A DNA stretch of 47,517 nt from Phycisphaerae bacterium SM23_30 (GTDB taxonomy: Bacteria > Planctomycetota > Phycisphaerae > Sedimentisphaerales > SM23-30), in the NCBI GenBank assembly GCA_001303695.1, contig LJUC01000076.1, positions 1 to 47,517 of the forward strand, read 5' to 3'. A program made the position numbers and the translations under genes. The notes under the pieces were generated by a model that was not told the DNA's origin, searched no databases, and was given only the letters and a program-made list of their open reading frames with translations. Below, piece by piece: positions 1-8,046 of this stretch; positions within the stretch are counted from its first letter, which is position 1, and each line of letters begins with the position of its first letter.

Positions 1-125
1 ACCCCCGCCGGCCCCACGCCCGCCAAATCAAAACCCGCCTCCCGCGCCCGCTGCTTTAGAGCAATTTTCTTTATGGATATTTCAACACTCGATTTATTCT
101 CATCAACCAATTTCGGATCCGCCAA
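1..125 (-). CDS. 5' end of a CDS running off the left edge; start resembles epoxyqueuosine reductase (QueG)-type N-termini, very tentative
   Basis: The minus-strand frame reads ..KLVDENKSSVEISIKKIALKQRAREAGFDLAGVGPAG to the window edge without a stop. Candidate TTG starts lie at 125 or 110. Only ~40 codons are visible, and the family guess rests on the IKxxAxxxGFDLxGV pattern alone. Confidence 0.25.
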   Translation of the reverse strand, partial: MADPKLVDENKSSVEISIKKIALKQRAREAGFDLAGVGPAG

Positions 126-187
126 TTTATCTTTTTTTTTCTCTCGACCAATACCCTTTGTCTTCTGTTCGTAATATTCGTAGCTAA

Positions 188-2092
188 CTAATATTTTTCC
201 TCATCAGGCGGTTCGGGAGGGTCGGATGATTCATCCCGGGATTTACCGGCTTGATCAGCGGATTCATCGGAAGGTGTAGATAGGTTTTTGGGTTGCCATA
301 GGTATTTCTGTAAATCGGGATTTTGCATGACCACGATGGTGCGGGCCGCCAGGTCGCCCAGTCGTTGGCGGCGTTTGGTGATTAGAACCAGAACGGCTAT
401 GATTACGAACTGGAGCTCCACAAGACGAAGAAGGTTGCGCAGCACGGCCTGTTTTGCCGTGATCGTGGCGCCCTGCCGATGCAATACGACCAGCCGCAGC
501 GCCAATTTACCGGGCGTAGCCGAAAACAGTAGTTCCGAGATCATCATATAGGCCGCCGCGAGAGCGGAAAAGGTCAATTGAATTTTCAATTGCATCAAGA
601 GCGGATCTTCCCAGGCGACCCGAAGCTGTTCCCAGAAACTCAGTTGACCGGGCAGTTCTGCGAACTCTTCGGAAAAGAGGGTGGGCGTGACCAACAGGGC
701 GGGTAAGATGTCCAGTAAAAAGGCTAACAATCGGCGCGACAGGGGCGCCAATTGTATAAATGCCGGCAAAGGGGCGGTGTCGGTAAAGGCATCGGCGCGG
801 CGCCAAAATATCAACAAAAATGTTATCGTTAAGGTCAGCATCACCGTAAGTGAGGTGAGTATTAAGGATTCATCCTTTTCTTTGGCGGTAAGGGAGTGGG
901 CGGCGGTCTGAATCAATTGGCCGGTGGACGAGTAAATACTAAAATGAACCTGTCCCGAATCACGCTGCTCAAAGACGGCCAGGTTTTGTCCCAGATCGGC
1001 AAAGGCTATCTTATCCGGGGAGGCGGTCAGAATTTCCCCCGGGGCTATTTGCAGCGGCTCCGTGAAGTTCCAGCCCTCCTGAAGGGGCCAACCCAGGCGA
1101 AAATGAGTCGGGGCCGACGAGACCGGCAGATTGTTACTTGGGAGAGTAGTTTCACTTGAGCGGACGAAAGCCACTATTCGTATTTGACGGTTGACCTCCA
1201 GTACCTCGTAATCGATAACATTATCAACAGGCAGTATTTTTGCTTCCGTCCAACTTTCGTCCGTTCTGTAGAGATGTAACAGGGAACCATCAGGGCCGGT
1301 TTTATCGGGCTGGGCCCTCTCGATACCAAATAAATGTATTTCGTCGCCGTGAATAGCAAAGTGGGGTTTGTCCCAATGATTTACGGGGAGAGGTTGCTTA
1401 ATAAGTAACTGCCAGGGGTGGGTTTTTTCTCGTGAAAGAATCACATATTCACCGGCGGCTAGGGAAAATACTGACGGAGTGGACTTTACGGCGGGGATTT
1501 TGTTGTTTTGGGTGGTTTGTTTTGAAGCGGCGATCTGCGCTTCCTTCCTGGGGGCGGCGCTGTTTTTCGGGGTGCGATCAATTTTATCCTCAGAGGCCGA
1601 CGAGGAGCCGCTTTGGGGGGATTCAGCCATCAAGGGAAGGGTGGTCGAGCTCTGGGCGCGGGCCAAAACGTAAATTGTCTCCCGCTGCCATATACAATCG
1701 ACCGCGGTCAAGTTCTCCGGTAAGCGCCGCTCATGGCGGGGAGCAGAAACCAGATCGTAACTACGACAGGCGCCGTTCGTAAAGAAGACCATCAGGCGAT
1801 ATTTTCCGGCCGCTACGGCTTGAGGCTGACCTTTGTGCCACCTTGAAGTGCTAAATTTTTCGCCGGCAATGGGGCGAAAAAATATTTGAAAATCCGGATC
1901 CTGAGGTTTTGATTGAGAATAGAGTAAATAAACGCCCTCTTCTCCGCCGTGGGCCCATATGCGAATAGAAGGTGTTTTGGCTGTCGGCGGCGCCTGCTGA
2001 CCGCAAAGCGGCGGCGGGGCGATCAGTGCTAATAACCAGGCGGTGTGCGTCAACAAGCGCAACGGGAAAAAATGGCGTAAGGATTTGGGCAT
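188..2092 (-). CDS. RDD-family-like membrane protein with a large N-terminal exported domain
   Basis: 634-aa ORF with a hydrophobic N-terminal signal-like segment and a Ser/Thr/Pro/Gln-rich linker. The C-terminal multi-TM region has an RDD-domain-like pattern (RRLLAFLLDILPALLV ... RRQRLGDLAARTIVV), followed by an acidic/Pro-rich tail. Confidence 0.55.
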   Translation of the reverse strand: MPKSLRHFFPLRLLTHTAWLLALIAPPPLCGQQAPPTAKTPSIRIWAHGGEEGVYLLYSQSKPQDPDFQIFFRPIAGEKFSTSRWHKGQPQAVAAGKYRLMVFFTNGACRSYDLVSAPRHERRLPENLTAVDCIWQRETIYVLARAQSSTTLPLMAESPQSGSSSASEDKIDRTPKNSAAPRKEAQIAASKQTTQNNKIPAVKSTPSVFSLAAGEYVILSREKTHPWQLLIKQPLPVNHWDKPHFAIHGDEIHLFGIERAQPDKTGPDGSLLHLYRTDESWTEAKILPVDNVIDYEVLEVNRQIRIVAFVRSSETTLPSNNLPVSSAPTHFRLGWPLQEGWNFTEPLQIAPGEILTASPDKIAFADLGQNLAVFEQRDSGQVHFSIYSSTGQLIQTAAHSLTAKEKDESLILTSLTVMLTLTITFLLIFWRRADAFTDTAPLPAFIQLAPLSRRLLAFLLDILPALLVTPTLFSEEFAELPGQLSFWEQLRVAWEDPLLMQLKIQLTFSALAAAYMMISELLFSATPGKLALRLVVLHRQGATITAKQAVLRNLLRLVELQFVIIAVLVLITKRRQRLGDLAARTIVVMQNPDLQKYLWQPKNLSTPSDESADQAGKSRDESSDPPEPPDEEKY

Positions 2093-2113
2093 TTTAAAGG
2101 GCCGATAACTATT

Positions 2114-2302
2114 TTATTTGTCTTTGGTGCGGTCTATATACGTCCGAAGCATGAAAAGACGGGGTGATATTTGCGGCGGTATTCTAAAATTTCTGAGCTT
2201 CAAACGAAAATAGGAGTCCTCATAAGGAGCGGACAAGGTAATATCGCCGGGCAGCATCGCATCGCCCAGAGGTTGATAATTGCTTAAATGACTCTCCACC
2301 AC
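2114..2302 (-). CDS. probable 3' continuation of the 2328..2921 lipoprotein gene, displaced by a frameshift
   Basis: The frame of this 62-aa ORF stays open upstream to ~2337 (..QQINLYDQSGRCVVESHLSNYQPLGD..), which reaches into the end of the upstream ORF. Composition is protein-like and no separate RBS is seen. Confidence 0.4.
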   Translation of the reverse strand: MVESHLSNYQPLGDAMLPGDITLSAPYEDSYFRLKLRNFRIPPQISPRLFMLRTYIDRTKDK

Positions 2303-2327
2303 ACACCGACCGGATTGATCGTAGAGG

Positions 2328-2921
2328 TTAATCTGTTGGGGCAGGTTTTTTATAGATCGGATAAGGCGGGGTTAATTGCTCAAGAGGGAGGGGCCGTAAA
2401 CCAATTAATTCCAGAAGCAATTGGGGGTTGATGATGATAATATTTTCAGGGGCGGTTTGACCGGCGTTTTCGTGGGTGTCCCAGTAGCTCCATTCGGCGG
2501 GTTCCGATTTCATCCAAAATTCTTGTTGGTTGGAGGCGACGACCAGGGCCTCTTGACTTAAAGGGCCTCCCAGGGCGGTCAGGTTAAACCAGGCATATTT
2601 TTCGGATGGTTGGGGCGGCCGATAAAACAGCTTGCCGCCGCCTTCCTTAAAATGATGCTTTTTTTGTTCTTCGTAGAATTGTATTTCCCACTCCTGGATT
2701 TTGGCGCTGAAATCCGGTACGGCGCGTACATTATGGTTATAGTAATCGAGCGCCTGATTTTTGGTCACCGGATCGGGCACCGGTTCCAGAGGCCTTGAGG
2801 ACGAGCAGCAGCCCAGGCACAGCAGCGCTAATACTAAAGGGCTGGTAAATAATGATTTACAGGTAATATTATCGGTCGTTAATCTCAAGGCGGCGAAGGG
2901 GGCCGATCGGGTTTTGGGCAT
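2328..2921 (-). CDS. lipoprotein of unknown function (5' part of a probably frameshifted gene)
   Basis: 197-aa ORF with a lipobox-like LALLCLGCCSS. Its start abuts the stop of the preceding (upstream) gene (2921/2922). Its stop lies just after a T6 run (2346-2351), beyond which another frame continues. Confidence 0.6.
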   Translation of the reverse strand: MPKTRSAPFAALRLTTDNITCKSLFTSPLVLALLCLGCCSSSRPLEPVPDPVTKNQALDYYNHNVRAVPDFSAKIQEWEIQFYEEQKKHHFKEGGGKLFYRPPQPSEKYAWFNLTALGGPLSQEALVVASNQQEFWMKSEPAEWSYWDTHENAGQTAPENIIIINPQLLLELIGLRPLPLEQLTPPYPIYKKPAPTD

Positions 2922-3410
2922 TTATAATTCTCCCTGAAGAATGGCGCTGAGTTGCTGGGAAACCTGTTGAATTTGCTCTTCGTTGAGATGAGGGTTGATT
3001 ACTTCGTGTATCTGCGTTTCTTTGACGAAGCGCATTTTCCATATTTCTTCAAGCTCTTGCCGGCGGGAATCTTCGTATTTCAGGAGCCTTTTACGCATTA
3101 AGATGAGGGCGAGGACAAAGCGAAAATTTATTTTTATGGTTTCCTCCTGACCGGCCAGCCGCTCGAAGAGGTTTATCAGCACGGCGTCGTCAACAAACAG
3201 TTTCTTTTTTTGATTCGGCAGTGGTATGCGGGTTTTCCAATAACTGAAGACCTGCGGTTTTTTTTCCTGCCAGTATTCGAGGCAATAGTCACAGCGTTCA
3301 AAACTGGTTTTTTTATCCACCAGGGCCGCATAATATTCTTCGCCGGGCTGTAACATCCGACCGGTGCCGGTACAGCGGCCGTTACTGCGTTGTATTTCCC
3401 ATTGCTCCAT
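2922..3410 (-). CDS. conserved-looking hypothetical protein with an N-terminal Cys cluster
   Basis: 162-aa ORF packed tightly between its neighbours. Cys residues at ..GRCTGTG.. and ..RCDYC.. suggest a small zinc-ribbon. No family recognised. Confidence 0.55.
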   Translation of the reverse strand: MEQWEIQRSNGRCTGTGRMLQPGEEYYAALVDKKTSFERCDYCLEYWQEKKPQVFSYWKTRIPLPNQKKKLFVDDAVLINLFERLAGQEETIKINFRFVLALILMRKRLLKYEDSRRQELEEIWKMRFVKETQIHEVINPHLNEEQIQQVSQQLSAILQGEL

Positions 3411-3412
3411 AT

Positions 3413-3787
3413 TTATCCATCATTAAAAAACAGGTAGGGCCTCATCTGTGCGCATTTGGCCGGTCCAATACCTTTTACGTTATCAAGATCTTCACAGCGA
3501 TTAAAGCATTTTTGCTTTTTTTCCGGTTCATTTAATTGACGGTATTCAACTATTGCCTTTGCCAGCGTCTCGCCTATGCCCGGCAAGCGAGCCAATGATG
3601 CCCAGGAGGCATTATTTGGATTTATCCTGTCTTCTATTACTTTTAAATTTTCGTTTTCATTTATTGCTTTTCTGTCAATGCGCCAGGTATTGACGTAGTA
3701 TTTATGACCACAATATATTGTTAGCAGTAGTGTGGTAATCCACAACATTTTACTAGCGGCAAATTGTTTTTTATTATTTTTTCCCAT
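3413..3787 (-). CDS. ComEA-like helix-hairpin-helix DNA-binding protein, membrane anchored
   Basis: 124 aa with an N-terminal TM segment (MLWITTLLLTIYCG). Two HhH-type motifs are present (LARLPGIGETLAKAIVEYR and LDNVKGIGPAKCAQMRPYL). Confidence 0.65.
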   Translation of the reverse strand: MGKNNKKQFAASKMLWITTLLLTIYCGHKYYVNTWRIDRKAINENENLKVIEDRINPNNASWASLARLPGIGETLAKAIVEYRQLNEPEKKQKCFNRCEDLDNVKGIGPAKCAQMRPYLFFNDG

Positions 3788-3808
3788 TAATTTATTTTAG
3801 TGCTTTTT

Positions 3809-4726
3809 TTATATTTTCAATCTTTCTCTGATCCTATCGAAATCATCCAGGCTGTAATATTCTATTATGATTTTTCCTCTTTTTCCTTTAAGGCCGCTGG
3901 TTTTTATGGTTACTTTGGTTGCCAGTTTCCGGCTCATTTCTTGTTCTAATTCAACGATATTTGGGTTATTAACTTTATTTTTGCTTTTTTCATCTACCTT
4001 TTTTATTTGTTGTCTTTTAACTTTTTGTTCTATTTCTCTTACCGATAGATTTTTTTTAACAATTTCATCAGCTAATATTCTTTGCGTAGCTGTTTCATTT
4101 ATGCCCAACAGGGCGCGGGCATGGCCCATACTTATTTTTTCTTCATTTATCATCTGCTGAATTTCTAGCGGCAGCTCGAGAAGCCGAATATAGTTGGCAA
4201 TTGTTGACCTGTCTTCCCCCAGTCGTTGGGCTGCTTCTTGCTGAGTTAAGGAAAAGCTTTTTAAGTATTGTTGGTAGGCCCTGGCTCTTTCGACGGGATT
4301 GAGGTCTGATCTGTGAATGTTTTCCACCAGGGCCCATTCCAAAACCTGTTCTTCGGTTGCCTGGCGAATTATAGCAGGAATTTTTTTCAACTCTGCAATT
4401 TTCATGGCTTTGAGCCGACGTTCCCCAGCAATTATTTGATAACCGCTTCCTAGAGGTCGTACCACGATAGGCTGGATAAGACCATTAGCCTTAATAGATT
4501 CAGCAAGATCGTTTATCTTTTTTTCGTCCCAATTTCTACGAGGTTGATAGGGATTAGTTTGAATAAGATCAATATCTAATTCATTAATCAATTCCTTTTC
4601 ATTTGATGTTTTATCAATAGAATCATCATATGTACCAACAGAAGAAGATTTTTCAATCTCCCTTATTTTGGTAGGAGATAATAAGGCATCAAGTCCTTTG
4701 CCCAATCTTTTTTTCTTTTCAAACAT
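3809..4726 (-). CDS. parB: chromosome partitioning protein ParB/Spo0J
   Basis: 305 aa carrying ParB hallmarks: GLDALL, IQTNPYQPRR, LIQPIVVRP..YQIIAGERRLKA and an HTH (LTQQEAAQRLGEDRSTIANYIRLL). Canonical parS sites lie directly upstream. Confidence 0.9.
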   Translation of the reverse strand: MFEKKKRLGKGLDALLSPTKIREIEKSSSVGTYDDSIDKTSNEKELINELDIDLIQTNPYQPRRNWDEKKINDLAESIKANGLIQPIVVRPLGSGYQIIAGERRLKAMKIAELKKIPAIIRQATEEQVLEWALVENIHRSDLNPVERARAYQQYLKSFSLTQQEAAQRLGEDRSTIANYIRLLELPLEIQQMINEEKISMGHARALLGINETATQRILADEIVKKNLSVREIEQKVKRQQIKKVDEKSKNKVNNPNIVELEQEMSRKLATKVTIKTSGLKGKRGKIIIEYYSLDDFDRIRERLKI

Positions 4727-4739
4727 AAGATAAAACCCT

Positions 4740-4767
4740 TATATATGTTATATATATAACATATATA
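4740..4767. promoter_or_regulatory. perfect 28-bp AT palindrome immediately upstream of the parB start
   Basis: tatatatgttatatatataacatatata is its own reverse complement and ends 13 nt from the parB ATG. It could be an operator or cruciform element. Confidence 0.45.
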
Positions 4768-4857
4768 GAATAATAATTTATTTATACTCTAATTACAACA
4801 AAAACAAAACTTTCTATTAAAAACAATTAGCATAGATAATACTTAATTTCAAGGAAA

Positions 4858-4873
4858 AGTTCCACGTGGAACT
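4858..4873. promoter_or_regulatory. parS centromere site 1
   Basis: aGTTCCACGTGGAACt is a perfect 16-bp palindrome matching the canonical parS core GTTNCACGTGNAAC. Confidence 0.8.
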
Positions 4874-5230
4874 AAAAAATTTATTATCATCCGAAGGGTT
4901 AGAGAACTATTTTGTGATTTCGGTGCTTTTGAATAAAATGAACACTAACGTTTGACACATTTCAGGTTTTATTCAAAATTGATTTTTATAATTTTCATGT
5001 ATAATTTAACATCGTAATTTTGACTTAAAATTTAAAAACAAAACTATAGGATCTTCTTACTAGCTCTGTGGAAAAAAGCAAGTAACGACCTGCTTTTACC
5101 ATCAAACTTTAGGCTTTATCACCATTTTCCCTATCTTTATCAGAGCTTAAAATATAAAAAAATTATAATAATGGCTCAGGAAAAATAACAATTTAAAGAA
5201 AAATAGACACATATATATAATTTTATTTTA

Positions 5231-5248
5231 TTGTTCCACGTGGAACAA
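5231..5248. promoter_or_regulatory. parS centromere site 2
   Basis: ttGTTCCACGTGGAACaa is a perfect 18-bp palindrome. Its inner 16 nt, TGTTCCACGTGGAACA, match the parS consensus TGTTNCACGTGNAACA. Confidence 0.85.
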
Positions 5249-5737
5249 TTTAGTTATTATTTTATTCTGTTATCCTAATTTTTACTTATTTATTATGTTT
5301 CAGTTTGTTTTATCTCATAAACTTCCTAATTCATTTTTGTCTATTATTGCATATTAAAACTATGGATTTACCAACACAGCGTATTAGCTCCATATATTAC
5401 CTTGCTTTCATTACTTTAATATCATCCCATAGGTTGGGGGAGGATTTTCCATATTGCGGTGCCGGAGACAGAACATAACCCTGCGTTGAGTGTATTATAG
5501 GATTCCGGCGGGATGTTTGGCCGGCTGTTTGCATTTAACATTTAAGAGTATCCGCAAAGTCGTTAATACTGGATAAATTATATCTATATTATCTTTTATT
5601 AAAGCGCGCAGATTGTCTTTATGTACATATTTTTAATAAATTAATTATTTCCTGCTTAGGGCGCCGATAAAAAGTTACAGCGCTTAGATCAAGTAGATGA
5701 TAAAAATATATATGACCCGAAAAAGTACGATAAATAG

Positions 5738-7285
5738 ATGCCGTTTAATTTAAAGTTTATAAAGAACAAATTATGCAGCGATAAACTGGCGGACCGTTGC
5801 CTGCGCTCCTGCCTATGGATCGGACTGGGGAGCATCAGCGCCCAAGCAATAAGAATGGTTCGAATGCTGGCGCTGACCTACATACTGGCGCCGGAAGATA
5901 TCGGATTGGTAATACTGGTATGGTGTGCGCTGACTTTATTGCAGGAATTATCGGACGTAGGAACAAAGCACGCACTAATACAAAATCCACGCGGGTCAAA
6001 TAAAGAATACCTTGACAGCGCCTACATAATAAACTTGATTCGCATGGGAGGGCTGATAATAGTATTATATTCAGCAGCGCCTTTCATTGCCAACCACATT
6101 TACCAAGCAGCCGAATTGCAAAGCCTGCTTCGCTGGAGCTGTCTCATACTGGTTTTTGAAGGAATAACAAGTATGGGATTGGTGGAATTAAGAAAGAAGT
6201 TAACCTTGGGGCGAATAAGCGTGGTTATGGTAGCCGGTCATGGAGCAGGGACCATTATAGCTATAATATTAGCATGGAAAATGAGAGATGCCCTGGGAGT
6301 GGTGATAGGGGAAATCAGCGGCGTGGGGGTTATTTGTATAATCAGCTATCTGGTGCATCCCTATCGCCCAAAATTTCGCTGGTGCGGCAAGGCGGCCAAA
6401 GAGCTAATTGGTTATGGTTTTATGGCTTATATGGTGTCGCTGATAGACGCTTTTGGAATGAGACTGGACATACTTATTTTAGCGCGAATTGCCCGGTTCA
6501 CGGACGTAGGGATATATGGTCCGGCCATGCAGATCATTCTGGCGCCGTGTGCCTTATTTTCCCTCATGACCATATCCGTAGGCTTTCCGGCCCTTTCGAT
6601 GCTGCAACACGACATGGCATCGGTGCGCAGGGGGACCGCCGAAATAATCAAGGCCGCCCAGGCCTTTACGGTGCCGATATTCGCGGTGCTGGCCCTTTTG
6701 GGGCCGGATATAGTGAAAGTCCTGCCGGAAAAATACGCCGACGTGGGGCAGGCCCTGCGCTGGCTGAGCCTCGCGGGATTTTTAATAGTTTTTTTAAGGC
6801 AAATGACGCCGGCGCTGTATGCGATCAAGCAGGTATATTGGTTTGCGATAAGAGGGATAATGCAGATCGTAATTATCCTAATGTTTATGGTGCCCTTATA
6901 TCGCAGATACGGCATAGCCGGCATCTGCTGGACCATGAACATAGTCTTTATAATTACAGACGTGTTTGTCTGGATCGTGGCGCTGCGCGCCCTGCGCTGG
7001 CCCTGGCGGCAATGGTTGTCAGATGTTTCCGTATCCTGCCGGGCGCTGGCCGGGGGCCTGACAGCCCTGGGGCTGGGTTACTTACTTATCAGGATCTTCG
7101 GTTTTCAGTGGTCCGATCAGCTATGGTGCCGGGCAGCCATAACCATAGCCGCCATAGGCGGATATGGTTATATATATATTAAACATTATGAAAAAACGCA
7201 AAAAAAACCATCCACGATATACAATCGATGTGAAATATCATTGCCGGAAGCGAGGGGAAAAAGACAGAGAGGTCAAATAATTTAA
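5738..7285 (+). CDS. polysaccharide/oligosaccharide flippase (Wzx-like, MOP superfamily)
   Basis: 515 aa and polytopic throughout (about 12-14 hydrophobic segments). The N-terminal region is typical of polysaccharide biosynthesis (PST) proteins. The gene is convergent with, and overlaps by 4 nt, the CDP-alcohol transferase gene. Confidence 0.6.
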   Translation: MPFNLKFIKNKLCSDKLADRCLRSCLWIGLGSISAQAIRMVRMLALTYILAPEDIGLVILVWCALTLLQELSDVGTKHALIQNPRGSNKEYLDSAYIINLIRMGGLIIVLYSAAPFIANHIYQAAELQSLLRWSCLILVFEGITSMGLVELRKKLTLGRISVVMVAGHGAGTIIAIILAWKMRDALGVVIGEISGVGVICIISYLVHPYRPKFRWCGKAAKELIGYGFMAYMVSLIDAFGMRLDILILARIARFTDVGIYGPAMQIILAPCALFSLMTISVGFPALSMLQHDMASVRRGTAEIIKAAQAFTVPIFAVLALLGPDIVKVLPEKYADVGQALRWLSLAGFLIVFLRQMTPALYAIKQVYWFAIRGIMQIVIILMFMVPLYRRYGIAGICWTMNIVFIITDVFVWIVALRALRWPWRQWLSDVSVSCRALAGGLTALGLGYLLIRIFGFQWSDQLWCRAAITIAAIGGYGYIYIKHYEKTQKKPSTIYNRCEISLPEARGKRQRGQII

Positions 7286-8046
7286 CTTTGGAGCTGATCG
7301 AAGCGATGTACGGCAAAGCCGTCATGTAATATCAAGGCCGCCATATACCCTAAAACCATTAAGGTATAACCGTAAAGAAAAATAAGGGCAAAGTCAGCGG
7401 CGATAAAGTAGTCGAGCAGGATGACCGCGGGGACCAGAAACAGAGGGCCATGTTCACTGACGCTTTTCACCAGGATAAAACGCAGCCAGGTGAGCGGGGA
7501 TTTCGGATCAGGCTGATGGGTGCCGGTGAGCTGGTGAAGATTAAAACCTCCTTTGTGGAGCAAGCCTTCGCTGGCCCTTCGGATCTGGTTTTTCCAGTGC
7601 CAACTGGAATATAGGATTCCGGTAACGGCTAAATTGAGCAGGGAAAAATCTTTTATACAGACATGTATGCCCAAAGCCAAACTAAAAGTGGACTCGATGA
7701 AGATATGGTTAAGGTTATCCAGATAAACGCCCAGTTGGGATGTTTTTCGCCGCAGACGGGCCACTTCGCCGTCCACGTGGTCCAGGGCCACCCACAACTG
7801 CCAGCACAAGGCGGCGGCGACGGTAAACCAAAGCCGGTCAAACACCATTAAAACTGATCCGGCCAATCCGATCAGGCACATAATCACGGTTACCGCATGG
7901 GCGGAGACGCCCATTTGGGCCAGGGGGTAACTAAGATAAATGGTTAGAGGCCGAAGGATGTAATTGCCGTAGATCGAACCTCCATGAGCGATTTTATCGG
8001 CCTGGGCCGCCGCCCGCGCCGCACGAATTTTTTCACCAAAAGTCAT
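7282..8046 (-). CDS. CDP-alcohol phosphatidyltransferase family protein
   Basis: 254 aa and multi-TM. The signature D-x2-D-G-x2-A-R-x8-G-x3-D is present as DHVDGEVARLRRKTSQLGVYLD. The start overlaps the stop of the upstream gene at 8046. Confidence 0.75.
   Translation of the reverse strand: MTFGEKIRAARAAAQADKIAHGGSIYGNYILRPLTIYLSYPLAQMGVSAHAVTVIMCLIGLAGSVLMVFDRLWFTVAAALCWQLWVALDHVDGEVARLRRKTSQLGVYLDNLNHIFIESTFSLALGIHVCIKDFSLLNLAVTGILYSSWHWKNQIRRASEGLLHKGGFNLHQLTGTHQPDPKSPLTWLRFILVKSVSEHGPLFLVPAVILLDYFIAADFALIFLYGYTLMVLGYMAALILHDGFAVHRFDQLQS

Noticed and set aside
4727-5737. Calling the AT-rich parS region the replication origin (oriC)
   Set aside because: I find only one DnaA-box-like 9-mer (tgtggaaaa, 5067-5075; the reverse complement TTTTCCACA fits TTWTNCACA). 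There is no cluster, no adjacent dnaA or dnaN, and the strand-composition breaks lie elsewhere. The evidence is insufficient.
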